From a virus (taxonomy: Duplodnaviria > Caudoviricetes), in IMG/VR virus record IMGVR_UViG_3300029305_003192: a DNA stretch of 64,000 bases; one strand, written 5' to 3'. The notes beneath the pieces are model-generated. The model saw nothing but the letters and a program-made list of their open reading frames with translations, ran no database searches and was not told the DNA's origin. Positions 41,544-49,819 of this stretch are shown piece after piece (position 1 is the first letter of the stretch; every line of letters begins with the position of its first letter). The translations under genes and the position numbers were made by a program.

Positions 41544-42218
41544 ATGACTAAGAAGTGCAAATCATTCATCTTCATCATCAACGGCTCTAACGGCGTAGGA
41601 AAGGACACATTTATCGACAAGTTCAGAGACGAATTACGTGACTATGAATATCTCAATATATCATCTATCGACGTGGTTAAGAACATGCTTCGAAAAAATG
41701 AAATATGGGATGGGCAGAAAGATGAAAAGGGCAGACAGTTACTCGCCGAAGTAAAGGCTGCTATCAATAAGTATTCGGACTTCATCAACACCGATATCAT
41801 CATGAGGGTTGGTAGATGGAGACCAAGAACTATGATGAATAGTATCGCATTCATCCATGTAAGAGAACCCGAGCAGATCGGGATACTGTCACAGAGGCTT
41901 GAGAGTGCCTTTGGTGAGTTCTCTATGGTAGGTACTATTCTTATCAAGAGAGCATCTGCAGAGGCTGCTGCTAACAATGACGCAGATATGAATGTAGAGA
42001 ATTACAAGTACGATATCGTGCTCGAGGATAAGAACGATGAGTTCAAGTCTGCAGTGAATAATCTGACTGGATTAATTCGTATGATTAATCCTACAAGTAT
42101 CCCTCATGAGGAGGAAGTATCTGCAATGAGTCCGGAGGATAAGGCCGAGATAGATAAAATCAGAGAAAGTGCAGATGCACTACTCCCAGCCGATCCGAGT
42201 GGTAATCCATTACAATAA
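41544..42218 (+). CDS. P-loop nucleotide kinase (dNMP kinase-like)
   Basis: IINGSNGVGKDTF Walker A, GRQLL, IHVREPEQ; GGAGGA SD. Confidence 0.65.
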   Translation: MTKKCKSFIFIINGSNGVGKDTFIDKFRDELRDYEYLNISSIDVVKNMLRKNEIWDGQKDEKGRQLLAEVKAAINKYSDFINTDIIMRVGRWRPRTMMNSIAFIHVREPEQIGILSQRLESAFGEFSMVGTILIKRASAEAAANNDADMNVENYKYDIVLEDKNDEFKSAVNNLTGLIRMINPTSIPHEEEVSAMSPEDKAEIDKIRESADALLPADPSGNPLQ

Positions 42219-42231
42219 AAATAACAAAAGA

Positions 42232-42258
42232 AACACCGGGAGCAATGCTCCCGGTGTT
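42232..42258. terminator. Bidirectional terminator
   Basis: aacaccgggagca-a-tgctcccggtgtt between convergent genes. Confidence 0.75.
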
Positions 42259-42262
42259 AGTA

Positions 42263-42736
42263 TCAGACTGGTAATATCACCAGCCCGAAACTTTCTACAA
42301 GGCCTCTTTCTACAAGCCAACGTATATCAATGTATACTTTTCTCGTTTCATAACGAGGGCTTTCGGTAGGTTCTATAGGACCACCGAAGTTCGCGCGGAC
42401 CCTTCCACCGCGCCTACCGTTAGATCTAGATCTACGGCGTTCAATAGTCTCGAACATAGGCACATTGAGTGCCTGGTGAATACTCACCCATTCGTCATAT
42501 GTGATGTTTGAGCCGTTTTCGTTGATGGGTCGGCCTCTTTTAAAGAGGCGATAGCCGAATACGGCTATGTGCTCAGTTCCCATATTTAACTGCCAGGCTT
42601 CAAGCGAAGCCTGGATTTCTCCAGGGCTCATACCTGATTCATGTGGCTGTACCACGAAGCCAGCATAATACGCTCTAAGGAGCTTGCTGCTGCGGTTGAT
42701 AACTTTTGATAAACCACGGTTTCTCTTAGGTCTCAT
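42263..42736 (-). CDS. MRP-leader protein (isolated copy)
   Basis: True start MRPKRNRGLSKVINRSSKLLRAYY at 42736 behind AAGGAGG; TATATATCAT at 42820-42829. Confidence 0.7.
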   Translation of the reverse strand: MRPKRNRGLSKVINRSSKLLRAYYAGFVVQPHESGMSPGEIQASLEAWQLNMGTEHIAVFGYRLFKRGRPINENGSNITYDEWVSIHQALNVPMFETIERRRSRSNGRRGGRVRANFGGPIEPTESPRYETRKVYIDIRWLVERGLVESFGLVILPV

Positions 42737-43015
42737 AGGACCTCCTTTCTCCACCTTGCGGTGGTATGGCAGTTATATTTGACAGGGACTACCGACCCTC
42801 ATGTTATTATTACACTAATATGATATATATGCAGTATATGATGAAATCACGCCCATTTAAATTATACCACGAGCGGAACTATCTGGTAGGTGAATAACTA
42901 AAGATTATCCCAAGTAATCCTTTCACGTAAAGACCGATACCATTGGTATCGGTCTTCTTCCTCCGCCCTAGGGTGCATACAAAAAAGACAACGGTATTAC
43001 CGTTGTCTCGATTAT

Positions 43016-43366
43016 TTAAGTTGCACCACATGTTGGACATGCGGTAGCACCGTCAGGCACGCCGTTATGACAGAATGGGCACGGTGTGAACTGAAGAACT
43101 GTCTGTCTACAGTACTCTCCAGTATCCTTATTGTAATGCATAGCCACGAGGGTTATACCTCTGAAGTTGCAGACTGTAACCACTGCAAGCATCGCAGGTG
43201 TTAGACCAGTGACATACACCTTCAGATACCTGGCATTGCTGGGTATGGCATTGTTCGCAGTCTCTATCAGGGACTGAAAGTCCATTGGGTCGATACCCTC
43301 TGGGAATATAGTGTCCTTTGCTGGTGTTTCATGCCTACCGGCACAAAGTGTAAATTCGTAATTCAT
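43016..43366 (-). CDS. Small alpha/beta protein with C-terminal double zinc ribbon
   Basis: GRHE..VYVTGLTPAMLAV..MHYNKDTGEY then CPFCHNGVPDGATACPTCG. Confidence 0.7.
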   Translation of the reverse strand: MNYEFTLCAGRHETPAKDTIFPEGIDPMDFQSLIETANNAIPSNARYLKVYVTGLTPAMLAVVTVCNFRGITLVAMHYNKDTGEYCRQTVLQFTPCPFCHNGVPDGATACPTCGAT

Positions 43367-43378
43367 AATGATTACCTC

Positions 43379-44170
43379 CTATCTGACTCTATATAATTTA
43401 TGACGCATATGGGCCGAATGCTGCCTTAAGAATTCCTTCTCAAGTTGGCTATTTATCCTAAGACATGAGTCATTAATCACATCAGAGTTAAATAATTCGT
43501 CCGCCACCGTCGCATAATATGGACGTCCTCGATACATATCATACGGGCCATATTTGTCATACATGCCAAATGATGCACATATGCGTCTAAATAATATGAA
43601 TGCAGATACGTCATCTCGAAGATCGTAGGTAGTGAACACTTCATACAATGATTTAGCAATAAGCTTCTCACCTTTACCTACAAGGTCACGGCAGTCTTTC
43701 TTCATGCATAATTCATGATGTCTGAATCTACATATCAGTTGCATCCAAGTATACGCAAATGGTCTATATCCAGAATATAATGCAGAGCACGGGCCGCTGC
43801 TATATCCATCGAATAATACCCTAAACGACTTGGAATTGGGTGCCCTGAGTTTAGAAATTTTACTGGGATGCTTATTACCGACTATATGCCTTGCTGTTTC
43901 TTGACAACGGTGTATGATCTGCCCAATCTCATCATACGTCATTCCGTCACGATATCTGTACAGTATACAGTGAACCTCTCGTTCTGATAATAATGCGAGC
44001 CAGTTGATAACCGATTCACGTTTAATATTAGGAAGTATATGCTCCCTAATCACATTAACGTCGTATGCCCATGCTGCGGCAATAACACCGCTTATCCAGG
44101 AGATATCATCTCCTACAAGATTATCAATCTCGTCGATCGGCATTTTCTTTGTTAAACTTAAATCTTTCAT
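43379..44170 (-). CDS. Protein with a sigma-70 region-4-like HTH
   Basis: LSEREVHCILYRYRDGMTYDEIGQIIHRCQETARHI..KLRAP. Confidence 0.6.
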   Translation of the reverse strand: MKDLSLTKKMPIDEIDNLVGDDISWISGVIAAAWAYDVNVIREHILPNIKRESVINWLALLSEREVHCILYRYRDGMTYDEIGQIIHRCQETARHIVGNKHPSKISKLRAPNSKSFRVLFDGYSSGPCSALYSGYRPFAYTWMQLICRFRHHELCMKKDCRDLVGKGEKLIAKSLYEVFTTYDLRDDVSAFILFRRICASFGMYDKYGPYDMYRGRPYYATVADELFNSDVINDSCLRINSQLEKEFLRQHSAHMRHKLYRVR

Positions 44171-44225
44171 TTTTTATTTCCTCCGTTTATATGTATTACT
44201 GATACTCCTACATATCAGCAATAAT

Positions 44226-44257
44226 ATGATATATACTTTCTAGGCACTTTTAAAGGC
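44226..44257 (-). promoter_or_regulatory. Putative early-type promoter (GCCTTT-N16-TATATATCAT)
   Basis: Recurrent motif. Confidence 0.6.
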
Positions 44258-44385
44258 AACAATAATAATAATGGGTTGTAGGACATGTCACAGGCCTGCG
44301 CGGCAACCCTCTTATTTCCTTTTCTATTGTACCACGGAGCCCCACCCTAGCGGGACCCGTGGTACTTAGTTATATAAGCACAAAT

Positions 44386-44416
44386 ATCCCGAGTAAGCAT
44401 TTAGCTTACTCGGGAT
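44386..44416 (-). terminator. Terminator after the polyprotein gene
   Basis: atcccgagtaagc-attta-gcttactcgggat. Confidence 0.7.
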
Positions 44417-44426
44417 TTAAAGTGTC

Positions 44427-47400
44427 TTATGGGACCATGTAACCGCCAGTTAATTCGATATCTTCAGAGTCTTCCCAGTCTGCATTATATGTCAAACTAG
44501 AATGTTCCAAGGCTTCGATATTCTGGGTCTTAATAATATCATCGAATATTTCCTTCGTACGAATCTCTGCCTTGAGTTTATCGTAATTCTTAATCATACC
44601 ATTACATACGAAGAATGTACCGCGTAAATCTGCAAGACTACCTGGGCTATACAGGCTTGGGTCTCTATCGAGAATACCCTGCTTACCAGAGTTAATTACG
44701 AGAGCAACAAACTGAGAGCAGAAGAGATTCTCTGGATCAGTCTTAGGGTTATTGAAGATATAGTTGATGAGTCCTCCTACATTGTAACGGTACTTCTCAC
44801 GATGAGCGAAGATGTTATCAACTGTATTCTTCACTGCCTTTATCTGAGACTCCTCAAAGAACATGACGTGGAGTGCATACTCAGTGCTTGGAGGATATGA
44901 GAAATGATTTGCCTTTGGATTGAACGATTCAATACCTGCACCGAATCCTCGGGCATTAATGATACCTTTCTTGACAACCTTATTACCAAACGTGAAGCAC
45001 TCACCCATACTTGGGTCAAATGAGATGAACGAATGTGACCAGTTCTCCTTAGTAAAACTACGAATAACTGTACCAAGTGGTGAGATATTCTTCATAAGTC
45101 CTATATAAAGCGGATAATATCTCTTGCCCTGATAGGACTGCCATAAGCGGTCGTTAAACTTAATGGGTTCATATACAAACTCGGGCATTGCTGACTCCTT
45201 TGCTACTATTCCAGAATAGGGCACGTTTGGAGCCCAGCCTGTCATTACCGAATCCTCGGCAGGTTTATAATATTTACCGAATCGATTATTCTCGCCAATA
45301 TTGATATCAGTAATACCGAACTCGGTAATCTTAGCATTGATTGCATCTGCAAGTTCCTTCTCTCTGTCCTCATTGACATAATTAAAGAACTTGATAGCAA
45401 GCATAACATGCTCAGCATCTGGCATTGGGTACTTCTTTATATCAGGAAGTCCAAAATCAGTACGTTCCTTAGAAGTTAATGCAGACTCAAGTGCAAGAAG
45501 ATATCCTTTATCGTTATCATGGGTTGCATATTTAGCATTAATTCCCTTGTCAGTTATAGGCTTAAATCCATATTTAGTATACATCTTATGTGCTACTTCG
45601 TTATCACTGTCGACTCTAAGAGCATTGCCCTTCATAGTCTTAACCGCGAAATTGAGTAACTGACTGCCAAGACCATAACCCTGGTACTCTGGACGAATTT
45701 CGAGGGTTGAAATCCAGTTATAATCTGGGTCTTTAAAGCTCACACAAGCATCACCAACGAGTTTATCGCCATCTAACCAGATACGGGAATCATGGGTTTC
45801 ATCTGCCGGCCATGCGTGCTTAAGCATTTTAGATTCTGCTTCATATTTCTTAAGCAGTGCCGGTGTCATCTTAAGACACGTGAAATCGGACAACGACTTC
45901 TTACCTTTAGATGTATAATCTTTAGATATGTTAGATTTCATTGATGATTCAGTAGCCGGCTGTGGTACATGCTCAAATACACTAGCTTCTTCAACTTCGT
46001 CCGCATGGAAGATATCCCATATTACAGATGATGCTGATGATTCAAGTGCTGTGGACTTCTCAGCATTGGTACGCATAAACTTTCTTAACTTATCAAGATT
46101 GTGATCATCCTGTGCATACCACGCCTTCATCTCGGCACGCTGTTGTTCGTCGTAGACATTGGCCTCGCGAATAGTCATACGTTTTAACGAAGTATGTTTT
46201 GACGTACCCTTAATAATCATAGGCTTGTCCTTGAGATATTCATGATCTATTCTCGCTGAGATATGAATGCCTTCCCATATAAATAACAACTCAGGTCTCT
46301 TGGTACAGTAATCAAGAAGCCAATTAAATGCACTATTGAACTTTGCGCGTTTTGTATCAAAAGAATCATCTTTCTCATAAACGCATCCTGTTTCAGCATA
46401 CATCTTACGGAATATCTGACTGACATTTTTCTGATATCCATTAGGATTCCATTTCTCATCCTGACCAAATTCACGTGTTATACGGTCGAGTTCAATATAG
46501 AACGCATCGTGAGATTTCGAAAGTTCTTCACCAAGGGTGGATTTACCAGAACCGGAAAGACCTGTGATATAGAGAATATTCTGACCTTTCTTTCTCTGCC
46601 ACTTATCGATATTGAAGTACTCGTCCTTATGATTGATAAATGCTGACTCAGTAGCAGGAGCCATACGATACATTACTTCAGTCCTACCCATATACTCATC
46701 AGTAATCTGAAGCCCATATTTCTCATACATACCAATGGCCGGAGTATTTGATTTGCGTACTTCAAGATACTTACCTCCGAGATTATTAATGGCGTAATCC
46801 AAAAGCATCGTTCCATATCCCTTACGACGTTCATTTTCATCAACCACAAGAAGTTCAATACAACCCGTATCCTGTGATATACTGAAGAAGCCTACGGGAT
46901 ATGATTTACCATCATAAAGACCGTAGCATGATATTTTGCTGAATGCCTTTGGGTTGGCTTTAAATCGTAAAAGATATGCGTCTCGCGTCATGCTAAGTGT
47001 TGATGAATCAGGAATCTTTTCGATGTCGGATTTGGTCATTGGTTTTATCTTAATACTACCAGATGCCGCTTCGGTAGCCGGAAGAAGTTCCATCTCAACT
47101 CGCTTAACCATATCATCATCTATAGCCAGCTTGCACTCAAGAAGGAATCTATAGAAGTCCTGATATTCCTTATTAACCACCTTGAAGTAGTTAACCTTAG
47201 GATTCTTAATCATTACTTCGTCCTTAACCTTTTCGGTCTTTCTGTCATATTCGACAATATGTGTGGCATGACTCTCGTTATCACCGCCATCCTTAATCTC
47301 TATCTCAAGATTGAGGTCTGGGATATAGAAGTCAGGAATATAGAAGTGCTGCTTACCTTCATACATGTATGTGTAAGTATGAGGGGATGGTCCCATAATA

Positions 47401-47855
47401 TCCTTCGACTTGAGTCCGAGTACGAACTCACATGTCATAAGGAAATCCTTCTCATAAGATGAGAGGTATAATACAGAACCACCATCTCTGAATTTATACG
47501 GCTTGCTCTTAGAAGCAAGCATTTTTCTCTGCTGGTCTGGGTCATTTAAGAGGTGTGGTACACCATATTTATCGACCATTCTCTTCTTTGCCTCAGCACA
47601 GTATTTCTTTTTGCAATTAGGGTCCGAGCAGTACCTGGAGTATTTACCAGTAGTCTCATTCCATTCAGTTGGTTTATGACACTGCACACATGAACCATGT
47701 GTCTTTCCAGTGTCCACATAATAAAAATAACGAGCAACTGAATATCCATCCGGAATTGTATCCGGATGGAGTCTTTCAATATGCTCACCCCAGCCTGAGA
47801 GAGATTTGAATCTCATACCACAGACAGGGCATTTATATACACTAACCTTTCTCAT
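44427..47855 (-). CDS. Multi-enzyme protein (Zn-finger + PD-(D/E)XK nuclease, GNAT, P-loop kinase, GNAT, small helical domain, permuted NlpC/P60); candidate protease-processed virion polyprotein
   Basis: CPVC..H....H; YLSSYE..YIPDF..EIEIK; RRKGYG..N.PAI.MYEKYG; GLSGSGKS; YQGYGLG..N.VA..MYTKYGF; FGLP..KKYPMPDAEHV; WSHSFI..Y.YN..FCSQFV; linkers PATEA/PATES/ALES/AKES. Confidence 0.8.
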   Translation of the reverse strand: MRKVSVYKCPVCGMRFKSLSGWGEHIERLHPDTIPDGYSVARYFYYVDTGKTHGSCVQCHKPTEWNETTGKYSRYCSDPNCKKKYCAEAKKRMVDKYGVPHLLNDPDQQRKMLASKSKPYKFRDGGSVLYLSSYEKDFLMTCEFVLGLKSKDIMGPSPHTYTYMYEGKQHFYIPDFYIPDLNLEIEIKDGGDNESHATHIVEYDRKTEKVKDEVMIKNPKVNYFKVVNKEYQDFYRFLLECKLAIDDDMVKRVEMELLPATEAASGSIKIKPMTKSDIEKIPDSSTLSMTRDAYLLRFKANPKAFSKISCYGLYDGKSYPVGFFSISQDTGCIELLVVDENERRKGYGTMLLDYAINNLGGKYLEVRKSNTPAIGMYEKYGLQITDEYMGRTEVMYRMAPATESAFINHKDEYFNIDKWQRKKGQNILYITGLSGSGKSTLGEELSKSHDAFYIELDRITREFGQDEKWNPNGYQKNVSQIFRKMYAETGCVYEKDDSFDTKRAKFNSAFNWLLDYCTKRPELLFIWEGIHISARIDHEYLKDKPMIIKGTSKHTSLKRMTIREANVYDEQQRAEMKAWYAQDDHNLDKLRKFMRTNAEKSTALESSASSVIWDIFHADEVEEASVFEHVPQPATESSMKSNISKDYTSKGKKSLSDFTCLKMTPALLKKYEAESKMLKHAWPADETHDSRIWLDGDKLVGDACVSFKDPDYNWISTLEIRPEYQGYGLGSQLLNFAVKTMKGNALRVDSDNEVAHKMYTKYGFKPITDKGINAKYATHDNDKGYLLALESALTSKERTDFGLPDIKKYPMPDAEHVMLAIKFFNYVNEDREKELADAINAKITEFGITDINIGENNRFGKYYKPAEDSVMTGWAPNVPYSGIVAKESAMPEFVYEPIKFNDRLWQSYQGKRYYPLYIGLMKNISPLGTVIRSFTKENWSHSFISFDPSMGECFTFGNKVVKKGIINARGFGAGIESFNPKANHFSYPPSTEYALHVMFFEESQIKAVKNTVDNIFAHREKYRYNVGGLINYIFNNPKTDPENLFCSQFVALVINSGKQGILDRDPSLYSPGSLADLRGTFFVCNGMIKNYDKLKAEIRTKEIFDDIIKTQNIEALEHSSLTYNADWEDSEDIELTGGYMVP

Positions 47856-47875
47856 AGGTCAATCTCTCCTATCAG

Positions 47876-49189
47876 TTAGAATTTTGCATTGATACGTCCG
47901 AGCTTAGGTGCAGCAGCTGCATTAACATCGAGATAATCGCTCTTCTTATAATTTGTCTTGGCAACAGTATTTGACACCGTCTTAGCCGCATTGGCTATAC
48001 CCCTACCAGCATTCTGGGCTTTACGTTTAACGCCCTTTCTGAATCCGAGCTCAAGTTTATCCTCATCATTAGTAAGATTACGGTCAACTGCATGCTCCTT
48101 AAACTTTCTAAGAAGTTTCTTATCCTCAACATCACTCGCTCCACCAAGGCACGCCTTAACTACCATACGGCAATTAACAAGCTGCTCCGTATATGATGAT
48201 ACAAGGAAGTTTACCATAGTAGAGAAGAAGTTGAGACTCTTAGTCATATTGAGAATCGATGTTGCGGAACCCTTCTCTGCAGTCTGCTGGGAGTTATTAG
48301 TAATGCTCTCAATATCACTCTTCATCTTATCCTGATACATCTTGAGTCTGTCGATGAAGTGATGACAGTTCTGTATACGGGTATTGAAGTTCATGATGAA
48401 CTTAGAGCAGTTATTATACAGCTGCTGGTCAAGCACCATCTCAACACTACCCTCACCTTTAGGAGCATTCTCGTTGTTATCAACAGATGCTGATATCTGC
48501 ATACCTCGATGCTTCTGTTGAATGGCTTTGATTAGATGAGAGAACGTTTCGACTTTACCAAATTCAGAACCAAGAACTCTAGCCACTTCCTTCGCAGTGT
48601 TAGCATGTACTGGCTTCTTCTTATATTCGTCCATCTTGGTATTATATTCCTCAGCGGACATCTGACCATTAATGGACTTACGATAGAGACCGATACAAGC
48701 AGTGAGGTCGTTGGTATATTCATTATATACCCTATCAAGTGCCTGCACCGCCTTATTAAGAATATCAAAGTTGTATCTTCGATTCTTCTTAACCAAGTCG
48801 AATCGGGGTTTATACTTCTTCTGAAGCTCCTTGATTTCTCTGTCATATGCAAGCTTTGACTGAGAAATATACTGAAGCTTACCCTTGATATTAGTGATGA
48901 CCTTCATTACCATATCCTGGAGGAACTGGAATATCTTCTTTATCTTCTCGATAAGATTGAAGTCTTTCTTCTCATTAGCTTCTCCAGATGCAGTGGGTTT
49001 AGCTTCATTCTTATTATCAGTAGTATTTGGTGCAGTGGTAGATGTATTGGTCGTAGATGCATTAGACGGGGTACCAGTCTGACCAGCTTCTTCCATTGCA
49101 GGACTCATTGGAATATCGTTAATGATTGCGTCCAATAAGTCATTATTGAAACGGTAGCTTTCAATAGCTTCCGATAATATAGCATTCAT
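47876..49189 (-). CDS. Probable internal head (virion) protein with an AxE-delimited propeptide
   Basis: N-terminal AIES and PAMEE followed by a low-complexity linker and a helical body (IEKIKKIFQFLQDMV); late promoter upstream. Confidence 0.55.
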   Translation of the reverse strand: MNAILSEAIESYRFNNDLLDAIINDIPMSPAMEEAGQTGTPSNASTTNTSTTAPNTTDNKNEAKPTASGEANEKKDFNLIEKIKKIFQFLQDMVMKVITNIKGKLQYISQSKLAYDREIKELQKKYKPRFDLVKKNRRYNFDILNKAVQALDRVYNEYTNDLTACIGLYRKSINGQMSAEEYNTKMDEYKKKPVHANTAKEVARVLGSEFGKVETFSHLIKAIQQKHRGMQISASVDNNENAPKGEGSVEMVLDQQLYNNCSKFIMNFNTRIQNCHHFIDRLKMYQDKMKSDIESITNNSQQTAEKGSATSILNMTKSLNFFSTMVNFLVSSYTEQLVNCRMVVKACLGGASDVEDKKLLRKFKEHAVDRNLTNDEDKLELGFRKGVKRKAQNAGRGIANAAKTVSNTVAKTNYKKSDYLDVNAAAAPKLGRINAKF

Positions 49190-49217
49190 ATCGCTTATTC
49201 CTTTCGATAAAAAATAT

Positions 49218-49229
49218 TAATGGTTTGTT
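49218..49229 (-). promoter_or_regulatory. Putative late promoter AACA-N6-TA
   Basis: AACA-AACCAT-TA between a terminator and the 49189 start. Confidence 0.65.
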
Positions 49230-49242
49230 ACGGGGAATAAAT

Positions 49243-49274
49243 ATGAGGGTTACCCATTGTAGGGTAACCCTCAT
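49243..49274 (-). terminator. Terminator hairpin
   Basis: atgagggttaccc-attgta-gggtaaccctcat. Confidence 0.75.
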
Positions 49275-49279
49275 TACTA

Positions 49280-49819
49280 TTATAAACGAGTTTCTATCAT
49301 AAGCTGTATGCTATATGTACTATTACCAGGATGAACCAGTATGTCAACTGGACGATGGTCTGGGTCGGCTTCTTTACCTTTATACAGATTAGCATTTATG
49401 ATAAGGAGTCTTTCGAACTTACTCAGATCAACTCTAGTATCATTCTTCATACGGTTGACGTACTCAATGACCGCTCTCGAGCCGAAATGTAGAACCGTAT
49501 CAACATATGCGTCTCTACCATCACGGTAATCATCATAATCAATTTCTCGACCAGAAGCTTTAGCTTTGCTATCAACCCTGCGATTATGATCGATGATTGC
49601 AGTCAGATGATGTAGTAAATATACGAGCACTGCATGTGAGTTGATATTTTCAGGATTACCTATAAATTCTGGAAGACAAATGTCCGTACCTTCGGATATA
49701 TCTGAGCTATTAACGAAGAAGTCGGAATAGCTATAGATATCTTTCGTGATGATTCTATGCTTAATAGCATCATCATTATCAGTATCTGATGAAATAGTAA
49801 ATCTTATATCGTCTGTCAT
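49280..49819 (-). CDS. Hypothetical protein
   Basis: TAATG-coupled to the RNAP beta gene. Confidence 0.65.
   Translation of the reverse strand: MTDDIRFTISSDTDNDDAIKHRIITKDIYSYSDFFVNSSDISEGTDICLPEFIGNPENINSHAVLVYLLHHLTAIIDHNRRVDSKAKASGREIDYDDYRDGRDAYVDTVLHFGSRAVIEYVNRMKNDTRVDLSKFERLLIINANLYKGKEADPDHRPVDILVHPGNSTYSIQLMIETRL

Noticed and set aside
47070-47855. Free-standing homing endonuclease / mobile element at the start of the 1142-aa ORF
   Set aside because: In-frame fusion within a late operon with no insertion boundaries; a head-completion-type nuclease fits better, though this is unproven
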